From assembly GCF_009914755.1 (NCBI RefSeq), contig NC_060928.1: 64,000 nt of DNA, one strand, 5' to 3'. Position numbers and translations under genes: made by a program. The notes under the pieces are model-generated. The model searched no databases. It was given only the letters and a program-made list of their open reading frames with translations, and had not been told where the DNA came from. The stretch comes from the human T2T-CHM13v2.0 reference genome, Homo sapiens. Each line of letters opens with the position of its first letter. Position 1 is the stretch's first letter. Positions 19,401 through 33,239 of this stretch are shown here, in pieces.

Positions 19401-20027
19401 ACACTCTGAAATACTCTAGGAGACAAATAATAGCTACCAATTTTTATTTATCTCTAAAATAAGTTATATTTCTTACACTGTGTAGTATCTTACAACATAA
19501 CATAGATGAGAGGACAGTTCTGTAAATAAAACATATCACCTGGGTAGTACCATGTATTTTCAGATTTTCAAACCAACACTTGTTAACTCTGTTGGAAATA
19601 ATATTATTACAAAGCAATACTTTTAGAAGTACAAACTTACTGTACAATTCTTTTATAGACCGATACAAAGTAGATGTTTTATTGTCTAATTTTGTTAAAT
19701 CTAATGCAAATAATCTCTGTATAATTGTGAAATAATTCATTTTCTGTTTGCTGTTTGTTTTCTCTCCATCGCAAAAGCCCAACCTCTGTATCAGGGATTG
19801 CAACTCTACTCTCCAGTTTCCAAATAGTTAAATGAGGCCACCATCATCTGTGACTCTATAGTGAGTTCATTAATTAGCTGTTCTAAAATCACTATTTTTA
19901 TAATGTTTCTCTTTCCCAATCCTATTATCCTCAAAACCCTATCCCACCGCCAAGGTCTGTATGTAGGAAAAAATAAGCTCTCCCCGATACGGTGTAAGTA
20001 ATAAGCTCTTCCCACTATGGAGTACAC

Positions 20028-20529
20028 AAGCAGTTCTTGAATTTTTTGGTCTTGGAAACTGATTACACTCTTAAAAATTTTTGAGTATGGCAAAGAGCTT
20101 TTGTTTATGTGGGTTAAATCTATTTATGGTTAAATCTATTGACACATGTTAGAAATGAAAGCTGAAGATGTGTTAAAATATTTATTTATTAGGCTATTTA
20201 AAAATAGAAATAATAAACCTATTGCAGGTTAACATAAGTAACACTTCTATGAAAAATAAGTATTTTAGAAGAAAAGGTGAAAAGAGTATCACTGTTGTAC
20301 ATTTTAGCAAATCCCTTTAATGTCTAACTTCACAGAAGAATGCTTCTGCACACAATCTGTTATGAAATGGCACATCTTATTATCTCTTAAAAATTCCCTC
20401 AAGGGAATGGGAATTTTAAAAGGCAGATAGTGTCTTAGCGTTATTATGAAAATTATTCTGATTTGTAGATCCCAGAAAGGGTTTCACTCACCCTTCAGAG
20501 GTCCCCATGCCATAGTTTGAGAACTGCTG
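20028..20529 (-). mobile_element. MER119 (hAT-Charlie) DNA transposon
   Basis: Termini AGCAGTTCTTGAA...TTTGAGAACTGCTG; internal CAAAGAGCTTTTGTTTATGTGGGTTA and TTCTGCACACAATCTGTT match recalled MER119. Confidence 0.85.
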
Positions 20530-21404
20530 ATGTAGATATTAAGATTTAGCATGAGTGGAAAGTATTGAATTAAATACACAGTCCAATGCCCTCGTTTAAA
20601 AAAAAAAAAAGCTGATAAATTCTTACAGGCTTTCCCAGCTACTTGGTGACAGAAGCAGAATGATGACCCAGATCTTTCCCCTTCAGCATTTGTTAGAGGA
20701 AGTAAACCAAATATTCTTGGTAATGAGGATTAAAGTAAATTAGACAGTGGCATAGAAGATTAATGATGGGACCTCAGACATCTGTTGACAGGTTTGGAGG
20801 TATTTTAGGAGAATAGGCCTTTCAGCTTCTCCCAAATCAAACCAATTAGAGGATTCCACATTTTGTCTGTGTCAAATCTACCTCCAATAGCATTCTGCCT
20901 CATCTTCTATTGTGATACAGGCACAAAGACATTCTAGGAGAAAATAATAACAATGAAAACAACAAAAAGTCTCTTCATTGTCTATTACTAGAGATACAAA
21001 AAAGTCAAATAGGGACATGGAATTCTTCCTTACTGGTTGTGACCCATGATGAAGATACTCAGCTTGGTCAGCTGTGTTTTCTGCAGCCCCAGATCATCTA
21101 AAGAAGTTTTGGTTGTCCTTCAGTGCCTCAAGAGACTGTGGACTATTTCACCAACAGTGCTTCAGGTTATTAAGGATATGGCTTAGCGATACCATCATAA
21201 CAAGACAGGGCAAAGCACCATCACTGATGGGCATACATGTTAAGATGCAGCTCCCTTGTCGTGTTACATGATAAGAGACCAGTAGAGTTATGCATTCAGG
21301 AGTCGGGCTGCTGGAGTAAAAATCTCAAGTCTGCCTTTCACAAATTAAATGATTAGAGAAACTTCAAATAGTAACCTTAGACTACATACTGGAAATTAAA
21401 ATAA

Positions 21405-21711
<307 letters not shown>

Positions 21712-22559
21712 GGGAGGGGATTTAATAAGCTAAGTAACATAGGCATATTTTTTAGAGAAACCAGAGTAATATAGTAATACACTTGGGGAAAATGTGTTTA
21801 AAATGGACACAAACACGTTTGTATGATATAATTATGATACTTTTCTTTTACTGTCAGATATCTTGCCATTTTATACTTAAGCTATGCTAGGTTCTTCTTG
21901 ATATTCTTAACAGTGCTTTGCAGTTCCTTTAAGTGCCATAATTTAAGATGAAAACTTATTCTGAAACTTAATAATTACTTGTTAAGCATTTTCCACAGAG
22001 AAAATTACCAGTTTAAGGCTTTCATTTAAAATATATGCTACTAGAAATATAATATTATTTTGATAATTAATAAACTAGATTTTGCTTCTTTAATAAATAT
22101 GGTTTTCCTTAAGTGTGTGTGTATGTGGACATAAACATTACTATGTATTAACTATACATAGAAATGTATATATGAAATATACATTATATAAATATATATT
22201 AATAATATATATTCACTATATATTTGTAAAGAAAGTTTTCAATATATATTTATATATTTATATAGTAAAAATTATGTAGTGAAAATTTACTAGTTCTGAA
22301 AATTAGGATATGTTTTTTCATAAATGAATGCAGAAGAAAAATAACAGCAGAACATGTGGCTTCGGAGGACCTGTTTTTGTTCTGTAATGTTTCAGCTTAC
22401 TGAATTTTTCATGAACTCTTTACGTTGAGTATTAAATCTCAAAGCATTTTAAAATTTTCTCCAAAAATCAAATTTTGTTACTTTTCATTTTTTAGGGAAG
22501 TTATCATTTATCTTCTGATTGTTTCACCCTTTCCTACCAGCAGTAGAATGAATATAAGA

Positions 22560-23230
22560 TAAAAACAGGCAATGTATGGCAAAAGAATTCCAAAGGGTCA
22601 ACTAACAGATGAAAAATATTTCATAAGCATATATTTTCCAGAGAAATGCAAATGTGATCCATCATTACATGCCATTTTACTTCTATGACATTGGAAAAAA
22701 TGGAGAACACTGACAATCAAATATGTAGCACATTATGTGGAGAAAAGGTCACTCTAATACTTTATTATCGGAATTTCAATCAATAAAATAGCTAGTAAAC
22801 ATGCATCTTTTTACGACTTAATGATAGAAGAATTCTGCTATTGACTATGCATCTCGAAGTAGTCATTGTGCATGTGCACAAGGAGACATGTAAACTATGT
22901 TCACTGTAACAGTGTTCAGAAAAGAAAAATTTGTAAACCTAAACCCTTAGTAAAGAAAGAAGATATATGTCATAATATACTTTTATATGACATATAACTT
23001 ATAATAGGTAGACTATGCTTATCATCATGGTATGTTATGTACCAAATACTAGGATGAATTGAAGCTCTATAACAACCTGGTTAAATATACTTATGGTTAA
23101 TTACATAAAGCTATATATTAAAGTGGCTGTATCTTCAAAACAATGTTAAAAAGAAGCAAGCTGCATACACTGAAATATATCCATATGTACTAAAAGTCTA
23201 TTAAAATACAGATAAAATGATGCAATTCTA
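22560..23230 (+). mobile_element. L1ME-type 3' fragment
   Basis: CAGAGAAATGCAAAT..., GTGGAGAAAAGG, CATGTGCACAAGGAGACATGT (ORF2 end/3'UTR). Confidence 0.7.
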
Positions 23231-23264
23231 TTCATAATAGCTGTTAATTCCTTTTTGTTTTTCA

Positions 23265-24647
23265 AATTATTTATTATTCTTATTGTTTGTATTTAGGACA
23301 TACGACATGATGTTTTGTTATACAGGTACATAATAAATGCTTACTTTAGGTAAACAAATTAACATCTCCATCACTTTCTATAGTTAGTTCCTTTTTTTGT
23401 CAAAGAGTGCCTCAAATCTACTCTGTTAGCAAATTTTCAATATACAATACAGTATTTTTAACTACAATCTTCTATTGTATTGACTTTATATCTTTAGATT
23501 TATTCATATTACATTGACTTTATATCTTTAGACTTATTCATAATACATAACTGCTAGTTTGTGCCCTTTGACCTTTGTCTTCTCATTTTCTCCCCATTCC
23601 CATACTATTATTTTATTGATATTTGTATTTGTACATCTGTGTAGGTAATATGGTTTGACTGTGTCCTCTCCCAAATCTCATGTTATAGTTTCCATAATCC
23701 CCACATGTCATGGGAGCAGCCAGTGGGAGGTAATTGAATCCCAGGGGCAATGATCCCCATACTGCTGTTCTTGTGAAGTCAGTGAGTTCTCACGAGATTT
23801 GATGGTTTTATAAGGGGCTTTTTCCTCTTTGCTCAGCTCTTCTTCCTGCCATCAAATGAAAAAGAAAGTGTTTGTTTCCCCTTCTGCCATGATTGTAAAC
23901 TTCCTGAGGCCTCCCCAGCCATGCAGAATTATGAGTCGATTAAACCTCTTTCTTTTATAAATTACCCAGTTTTGGGCAGTTCTTTATAACAGCATGAGAA
24001 TGGACTAACACAGTGGGGTACATGTGTTATTTTGTTACATGCATAGAATGTGTAATGATCAAGTCAGAATATTCAGGGTATCCACTACCCTGAGTATTTA
24101 TTATTTTTATGTGTTGGGAACATTTCAAGTCATCTTTTCCAGCTTTTTAAAAATATATAATACATTGTTGTTAACTATAGTCACTGCACTCTGCTACAGA
24201 ATATTAGAACTTACTTCTTCTATTGAACAGTTTGCATCCATTAACTAACATCCATTCATCACCCCACTCCTACCCACACACCTTCCCTGTCTTTGGTATC
24301 TATCATTCCGTACTATATCTTCATGAGATCCAGTTTTTAAGCTCCCCCATGTGAGTAAGAATATGTGCTATTTGTCTTTTGGTGCCTGTATGATTTTGCT
24401 TAACATAATGACCTCCAGTTCCCCCATGTTTCAGCAAATGACATAATGTTTTTCATTTTTATGGCTGAATTGTATTCCATTGTGTGGAGGTACCACATTT
24501 TATTTATCCATTCATGCACTAATGGATACCTAGGTTGATTCCACATCACTGTAAATAGTGTTGCAATAAACATGGGGGTGGGTGTGGAAGTATCCCTTTG
24601 ATATACTGATTTCCTTTCCTTTGGATTAATAGTGGGATTGTTTGATC
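23265..24647 (-). mobile_element. Two L1MA 3'-end fragments (~23265-23600 and ~23616-24647)
   Basis: L1MA 3'UTR antisense motifs. Minus ORF 24400-24666 contains the ORF2 C-terminal WINKMWYLHTMEY. A ~34-bp tandem duplication lies at ~23480-23548. Confidence 0.8.
23646..24012 (+). mobile_element. THE1 (THE1D-like) MaLR solo LTR
   Basis: TAATATGGTTTGACTGTGTCC...CTGAGGCCTCCCCAGCCATG...GGACTAACACA; 5-bp TSD GTAGG/GTGGG. Confidence 0.9.
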
Positions 24648-26174
24648 TGTGTGATTGGCAGAGCACTCATGAGGCCAATTTTGAGCTCCAGAAGAGGTGT
24701 GCATTAGGGGGGTTGGGTCCCAGTAGCACCAGATTCCTGGTTTCTGAAAGAAGACTGAGTGAGTGTTAGAGGAGGAAGAGCAACATCTAGGTAAGAACAC
24801 TCCAAGGCCACTGCACAGTTCGAGTACCACATGCCATTCACATCCAGCACAAATTGGCAGTGGGGTGTCCCTGGAATAGCCACAATACTCAAGTAACGTC
24901 TGCAGACAAATCCTCCATTGAGAAATGAGCAGAAATTTGGCCAAATGGGACAGTACTCCACCTAATTTGGCTTATCACAAGTACCTGTAGTAATTGTTAA
25001 AAAGGGGACGATGACCTCTTTCTCAGCAAAGCTGGCCTTTGGCGTGGAATACTGAATAACAAACATTCAGAGAAAACTGTCTTTAGATTTCTAGTGCATT
25101 ATTCACTAGAAGTATAGTCTATAAAAGCAAAACAGTTTCACTGACAAAATAGAAACATAATAGAACTGTTTTTTTTTTCTTTTTTAAAAACTATGGAATC
25201 AGTGATGACTTCTATTCATTTTAAATTTTTTATTATGTATATTTAAGGTGCACAACATGATGTTCTGATATACACATATATGGTGAAATTATTACTACAG
25301 TCAAGCAATTTAATATATCCATCATCTGACATAGTTGCCTTTTTATATATGTGTGTTAGGAGCACCAGAAATCTGGTCCCTTAGCAAATTTCCAGTATAT
25401 AATACAAATATTAACTATAGTCCTTATGCTGTGCATTAAATCTCTAGACTTACTCATCCTTTATAACCACCGCAACTTTGGACCCTTTGACATACATTGC
25501 TCTATTTCCCACTCACCTTTCGTAACTACTGTTCTATTCTGTTTCTATGAATTTAGCTTTTTTGTTTTGTTTGCTTAGATTCCATATATAAGTGAAATCA
25601 TGTAGTAATTGTCTTTCTGTATTTGGCTTATTTTACATAATGTTCTCAATGTTAATCCACATTATTGCAAATGGCAGGATCTCCTCAATTTTTAAGGCCG
25701 AATAATATTGCATCCTATATCCTATATATGACAATTTCCTTATCGATTCATTCATCAATAAATACTTAGAAGTTCCCATATCTTGGCTATTGTGAATAAT
25801 GCTGCAATGAACATGGGGGAACAGATATCTCTGTGAGATGCAATTTTATTTCCATTGGATATACACTCAGAAGGATTCCTGGGTCACATGGTAGTTCTGT
25901 TTTTAATTTTTTTGAAGAGCCTCCGTATTATTTCCCATAATGGCTGCACCAATTTACATTCCTATTAACAATGTCCAAGGGTTCCCTTTTCTTGCCAATA
26001 GTTGTTTTCTCTTGTCTTTTTGATAACAGCCGTCCTAACAGTAGCGAGGTGGTATCTCAATGTGGTTTTGACTGGAATTTCCCTGATGATTAGTGATGTT
26101 AAGTACCTTTCATACACCTGTTGGCTATTTTTGTCTCTTCTTTGAAGAAATACTTATTCAAGTCCTTTGCCTGC

Positions 26175-26481
26175 TTATTTATTTATTTATCTACTTTTTA
26201 TTTTTTGAGACAGAGTCTTTCTTGCCTAGGCTGGAGTGCAGTGGCGCGATCTCACTGCAACCTCCGCCTCCCAGGTTCAAGCGATTCTCCTGCCTCAGCC
26301 TCCTGAGTAGCTGGGATTACAGGAGCACACCAACACTCCCAGCTCATTTTTTGTATTTTAGTAGAGATGGAGTTTCACCCCTTGTTGGCCAGGCTGGTCT
26401 CAAACTCCTGACCTCAAGTGATCCACCCACCTCGGCCTCCCAAAGTGTTGGGATTACAGGCGTGAGCCACCGCACCCGGCC
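26175..26481 (-). mobile_element. AluSx/Sz
   Basis: Full dimer with (TTTA)n tail and CCTCAAGTGATCC. Confidence 0.95.
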
Positions 26482-26963
26482 CTTTGTCCACTTTTTAATT
26501 GGTTTGTTTGATTTTTGCTCTTGCATAGTGTGAGCCTCTTATATTTTCGATATTAAGTGCTTATTATATATGTGGTTCACTAATATTTTCTTCCAGTCTA
26601 TAGGCTGTCTTTTCACTCTGTTGTTTTCTTTGCTGTGCTGGATCGTTTGTTTAATGTAGCTCCAGCTCCACTGTTTTATTTTTGCCTTTGTTACCTGAGC
26701 CATTGGTGAGATAGCCAAAAAATGTCCAAGGGCAATGTCAAGGAGCTTTTTCCCTGTTTTCTCCTTGGAGTTTTACAGTTTCAGGCCTTACTCTTAGGTC
26801 TTTGATCCGTTTTGATTTGAGTTTTATGTATGAGGTAAGATAAACATCTAATTTCATTTTTTTTACTTATGAGTATTCAGATTTTCCAGCACCTTTTATT
26901 GAAGATACTATCCTTTCCCCACTGTATTCTCTTGCTGCCCTTGATAGAAATTAGTTGATCATG

Positions 26964-27376
<413 letters not shown>

Positions 27377-28685
27377 TTATTTGAAATCCGGTAGTAGAAT
27401 GCCTCCAACTTAATTTTTCTTTCTCAAGATTGCTGTGGTTGTTTGGAGTCTTTTGTAATCTAAAAAGCAGCTTAAGAGTAGTAAACAGATTTTGAAAATG
27501 ATACAAAGGTAATCAGGCCTACTGAATCTTCAGATGGAATCAAGTTGAAACAGTCTCCTATAACACTTTGATAATTTGCAGAAAAATTTTGCCTTTAGAG
27601 GATTCTAGCAAACCTATTCTCAGTTCACTCAAATTATCAAGATCTTCTGAAGTTATTCAAGAATAACTTTCTATTTTGGCCATATTCCAAAGTCAACTTG
27701 AGGTGTAGGAGCAGAGTGTATTTGCGAAGGAGTAGGAGCAAGACAGAGTCGAAGTGGGAGGGAGAAGCACATACGACTCGGAGGAATTCTGGACTTCATT
27801 CCTTTAGGTGTTCTCTAATATACCCTTAGCCCATTTCCAATTTTCAAGCAAGCCTCTAAACTAATCCTTACAGCTTGTTACAGGTTCAACGAGGACGCAA
27901 ACTCTTCACTACCCAAGAGAGCTATAATCTATCTATTTACGCATTTTTTCTCTCATTTTCTGGGTTTCTGACAGCTTAACTTGACTGAACTCACGAATAA
28001 GGGCACCAAGCTGATTACCTTGCATTTCCTGCCACAGAACAATTGCCTGAGAAGTTTTGTGGAAAAATGAATGCAAATTCCACAAGGAAGGAAGTTCATA
28101 CTCAGAAAGCTCTTTTTAAACTCATTAAATCCATGGCTTTTGGAAAGGGATCAAGGAGAGAAGCTATAACTGAAAAAAATCAAGAAAGCATTCAATGTAA
28201 TCTGCTTTCCATAATGAGGGTTTTTTTTAACTATGTATATTCATCAATGAAATAAAATTAGATAAGCCTTGAAGAAGTGTACTAGCAATAACTATTGTAC
28301 TAAAATTATAAGGTGTAGAAAATGAAGAAAGTAAGAGACAGAATGATAGAAAGAGAAAGAGGGAGGGAGGGAAAGAAGGAAGAGGAAAATAAAGTTAAAA
28401 TGAATTCGACAGAATAGCTACATATATATTTAAATACAAACTATGTAATGTTAATAGAACATGCCAAATACACAAAGCAAAACAGGAATGAGAAGTCTTA
28501 CGGGGCCATAATTTTGCATGAATAACATCAACTTTTGTGGTAAAGCAGGGCAAAGACAGGAAATACAGGGAGAAGCACTTTAAAATTTCAGAAGAATTTA
28601 ATGCATAAGAGGTTTCTTTCGGATTACAAAAGGTCCAAAGTCCAAGAGGTGGCAAGGCCATTTATAAAGACTTTATCCTGCACAA

Positions 28686-28990
28686 TAAATAAAAAAAGGA
28701 AAGGAAAGGTAAAAGGAAGTAAAGAAATAAGGAAAGGAAGAAAATAAAGGAGAAACAAAGGAGAGAAAGGAAACAAAGAAATAAAGAGTGAGAAAGAAGA
28801 AAGGAAGAAAGAAAGAAAGAAACAAAGAGTAAGAAAGAAGAAAGAATAAAAAAGAGAGGAAGGAAGGAAGGGGGAGGGAGGGAGGGAAAAGAAAAGAAAG
28901 AAGAAAGAAAGAAAAGAAAGAAAGAACAAAAAGAAAGAAAGAAAGAAAGAAAAGAGAAAGAGAGAGAGAGAGACAGAAACATAAGAGAGG
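28686..28990. repeat. Polypurine (GAAA/GGAA/GA)n low-complexity tract
   Basis: About 300 bp of almost only A/G on the + strand. Confidence 0.95.
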
Positions 28991-30379
28991 ACTTTCTTCA
29001 GCTATGTGCAAAATGTGGAGTGTAGCTGATCACAACATGTCCAGTTAGCCACAGTTTTTTCATTCTAAGTGTCAACTGTTTTATGTATAAAGAACCATAA
29101 TAGAACATATAAATAAAATATATCCATCTGTGCATATCTGCAGTACATGGAAAGTATGTCCTGTTGTTAAAAGTCCTTCATAATTATGGATTTTGAGAGC
29201 CACTAGATGTCAGCATCTGATAATTCTATGAGAAACACACATGCTGGCTTTTTATTTCTGCGACAGACTTTCTGTTCAGCCATTTTCTTCATCTAAATGA
29301 AAGTGAACCAGAAATTCTATACCTTTTAAAATACTCATATTACTTGTAAGAAGATAAACAATTAATTTGATGTTACTATTTTTACAATTATGAGTTTTAT
29401 GATATGTTAAGCAGATATGAATAAAAATATCAGCTTCTGTGTGTTTGTGTATATGTATATATACACACATATATACATATACATGCATATATGCATGTAC
29501 ATGTATACCCACATATGTAATGTGCATTGCCACTATACAAGAAGAAACTGCTTAAAATATTTTTTACCTCCTTAAGCCCTCAACAAGTGTTTCCTTTCTT
29601 CCTTCAAGAGAGCATTTCATCTGCCACATCACAGGAAATAATGAAGATATCTGAAGTTCTCCTTCTTGTTTTTATTCTATTGCAGATCTCATCCTTTCTA
29701 CCTTTAGTGTGGATATTTTTGGATACTATATCTCCACACCTCTGCAGATCTGTTTCCTTGAGGGATAAAATGGTATCTTGTCCATCATATGTGCTGGGTA
29801 AAATCAGTGACTTTGTGAATGAATTAACACATGAGTTACTTAACTCATTGTAGGGAAATAATTTTTAAAGCAAGTTATATCTCTTAAGCCAGCCCATGAG
29901 TTTTGAAGAAGTCATTCTGGAGAATGCATATCATTAAATTTCCTGAGACTACAGATATTCAGTATCTTCAAATAATAACTGGGAAATTGCTGTTTGCCTT
30001 TCTCCTAATATCACTTTTTCTCAACACCTAATTTTGTAGAGGAGGGCAGCCAGAGAAAGAGAGAGGGAGAGTCTGTCTTCATTCCAACTGTGATGGCAGA
30101 TACAATCAAGTGACATCTACCAAAGCCCTTTGCTGCAGTTGACAATGGAATATTTTGCAAAGGCTATGTATGTGTAAGGGGCACAGATGGTGGACCTGGG
30201 GAATATTAACACAAAGGTCCTAAAGACTGGTTATGCAATGGTTTTCTGTTGTGAACTCGCCACAGTTTGCCTGCATTTATCCTTCAAGTCTTAGCTGTGA
30301 GATCCTTCTTTCAATCCCAATTCTAGAACAAGGTCTCTCCTTTTCTCTGGGAAATTGTAGCTACAGACTGAGACTGTAA

Positions 30380-30495
30380 AATCCATTCACTTAACAAAAA
30401 TCTATTCATCCCAACTCTCTGTGAGGCACTGTATTAGGTTCTGTGGGGGGATACAAAGATATATTCAAAACAGTCCCTATTCCAAGAGTTTAAAA
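30380..30495 (-). mobile_element. L2 3'-end fragment
   Basis: CATTCACTTAACAAAA...GGCACTGTATTAGGTTCTG...GATACAAAG. Confidence 0.7.
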
Positions 30496-32277
30496 TGAAT
30501 CATCTAAAAAAATTACAATCCTTTATAGTCTTAATATTCCATAAGTGATTGGTACTTCAAACCCATATAGCACAATTAGTCAGAGGACATTGAATCATCT
30601 TACCAAAAAATTCTCATTGGTGCATTTAACACAAAAAAAATTCAAATCTTAGCAGTTGACTTTTTTTAGATGAAGTAATTGAAATACTTAGAAGAAATTG
30701 TTTGCTTCAGGCTATGGAGTGAGCTGAGATTATATAACCATCTTCACTAGTATGCTGCTGGTATTCAGTTCTAATGCCTGTAAAATCTTGATTGAAAACA
30801 ATTTATTAAGCAATAGGTACAACAGCAAACATGAATTCATGAGTATGTCTTCATTCAGTAGCACTGTTAATACAACAATGTTGCACGATGGCTCCTGGAC
30901 ACCAAATATTTAGTGGAAGAGACTTTATTTCAGCTATCTCAGAAGAATATGTCAGATGAATTTCTCTTTTTACTTCAAATCTATTAAATTGAAGGTTTTT
31001 CCCATTTTTACCTATTTCCTCTCGATCTATTCACTCTTTAGTAAATACGCTAAAAGGATGATGAGGCAAGAGATCAGGTGTGTCCATGTGCACCTGGAAA
31101 CATTTTCTCTCTCTTGCTGGTGAAGGGAGTGCTGGCAGAAGCAGACCTGTCACTCAGGCAGAGGGAACAGATGGAGTGAGAAAATTTCTACATACAGGCA
31201 GCCCTGAGGAGCTGTGTGGAGAACATACGCAACAGGCATTTCATTTTCAATCTGCCTTCGCACTGTATTTATGATTTTGTGAAAATGTCTGGTTTCTTAA
31301 CTGAATGCTGCATTGAATTGCCTCACAAACTTTTATGTTAATCAAACAATAGCTCTTCAGGTAGCCTAAAAAACAAATCACAGACTTCCCGGGGTTGTGC
31401 AAGAAAGGCTGAAAGCAGAATTTTGTAGTTTAAATTTTATGTTTTATGTATGTATATTTTTGAACATGGTATTGAGAAGATGTCAGATATGGGTGATTAC
31501 TGGTAATATAATGAAAAGTGTATTATATATGCGTGTATATATATATACCTATTATTTAATAAAATCTATATGAAATGCTGTTAAAAAATCAGCAAAATTA
31601 AACTGTAGAAAAATGATAGCTATAAATTTAAGGACAAGTAACTAACCAATCAGTTACTGAGCTGGAATAATAAATTACACTGAACAGGGACTGACTTGAA
31701 CACAGTAAAGCCCGTGACATTATTCATTTTACCTGTGTCCTGTAAAAACTCTCAGACAATGGAAAGAAATGGTATTTACAGAAGAAAATAAATTACTTGT
31801 CATTGTAGGGAAAAAAAGCTTTGACATGTATAGATAATAAGGTTTCTTAGAGTTGCTTATCCTTTTACAATAATAATATTCCAATATACCAGTTTTAACT
31901 ATCTCACTGACCTTCAATTTCATAGCTCCTAGAGGACCCACAAAGATCTAGGGACTGAAAATTCAGGGGAATAAGCCAACGAATTTACCAAACATAATGA
32001 GTGATTACTGTGTTTGTATCTAAATGAGCTTTCCCAGAGAGTAAAATAAATAGATAAGTCAAAAAATTATTTCCAAAGCCACTAGATTTCATCTTTATAA
32101 TTTACACTTAATGATCAATGTCTTCTGTCTGAAAGGAATTGTAGGAAATGGGATATAGAAGGGAAAGGAAGAAATGACATCTGTCTTATTTGGTGCTATT
32201 TTCTTCCTCTTCCCTTTTTGCCAGGTAATTGTCTAAGCTGTGGCTGTGACAGTAAAGGAAGAATGAAGGAATCATTC

Positions 32278-33114
32278 TGCAGTGGGTTAAATAGTGACCC
32301 CTGCAATGGACTGAATTGTGTCACCACAAAATTCATAGGTTGAAGCCCTAACCTTAATCACATACAAGGGACTGTATTGGAGATGTGGCCTTTAAGAATG
32401 TGATTAAGGTTAAGTGAAATCATAAGGATGCAGCCCTTATAGATCCTATGGAATTAATGTCCTTATAAGAAGAGGAAGAGACACCAGGGCACCCTCCCTG
32501 CCACAAAAGAATACAGCAAGAAGACAGTCATTTGCATAGGCAGGAAGAGAACCCTTACCATGACACAGACATGCTGGCATCCTGATCTCAACTTCCAGCC
32601 CCTACAACTATGAGAAAATAAATATGTACAGTTTGTTAGCCACCCATTCTGTGCTATTTTGTTATGGCAGCAGAAGACTAATACATTCCCCAAAATATAT
32701 GTCCACCCAGAAGCTGTGAATGTGATCTCATTTGGAAATATGTTCTTGGCAGATGTAACAGTTAAGGATTTCAAGAGGATATTATCCTGGATAACAGTGG
32801 GCCGTAATCAAATGGCAAATGTCCTTATAAAAGAAGAGAAGGCAAGAAGACACACAGAGGGGAAGGTAATATGAAGATGGAGACAGAGGTTGGGGTGATA
32901 CATCTATAAGCCAGGAAACACTAAGAAATGCTGGCACCAAAAGCTAGAAGAAGGCATTAAATGAACTCTCCTTCAGAATCTCCAAAATAAACCAACCCTG
33001 TTGGTACCTTGCCTTGAAACTTCTTGCTTCTGGAACTATGAAAGCATAATTTTCTATTGTTTTAAGCTACCAAATTTGGACAACTTGTTACATCAATATT
33101 AAAAAGCTAATACA
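32278..33114 (+). mobile_element. MLT1C-like LTR with a nested MLT1B-like LTR (32302-32685)
   Basis: Two MLT1 starts (TGCAGTGGGTTAAATAGTG; TGCAATGGACTGAATTGTGTC) and two ends (GACTAATACA at 32685; GCTAATACA at 33114). Confidence 0.85.
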
Positions 33115-33239
33115 AGTGCTCATTTACAACCAATCCATCAGCTAGGCATTACTGAACACATTTCCTAACAAAAAGTTTGTTTGTATACAATACCAAGAGG
33201 CAATGAAGAAAGGTTCCAAGTGTGTTTTGTTTTGTTTTT

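Noticed and set aside
28624-29011. F/L/S-rich ORFs in three minus frames
   Set aside because: Artefacts of the polypyrimidine low-complexity strand.
29527-29853. 108-aa hydrophobic ORF
   Set aside because: Non-ATG start, T-rich composition and no recognisable domain.
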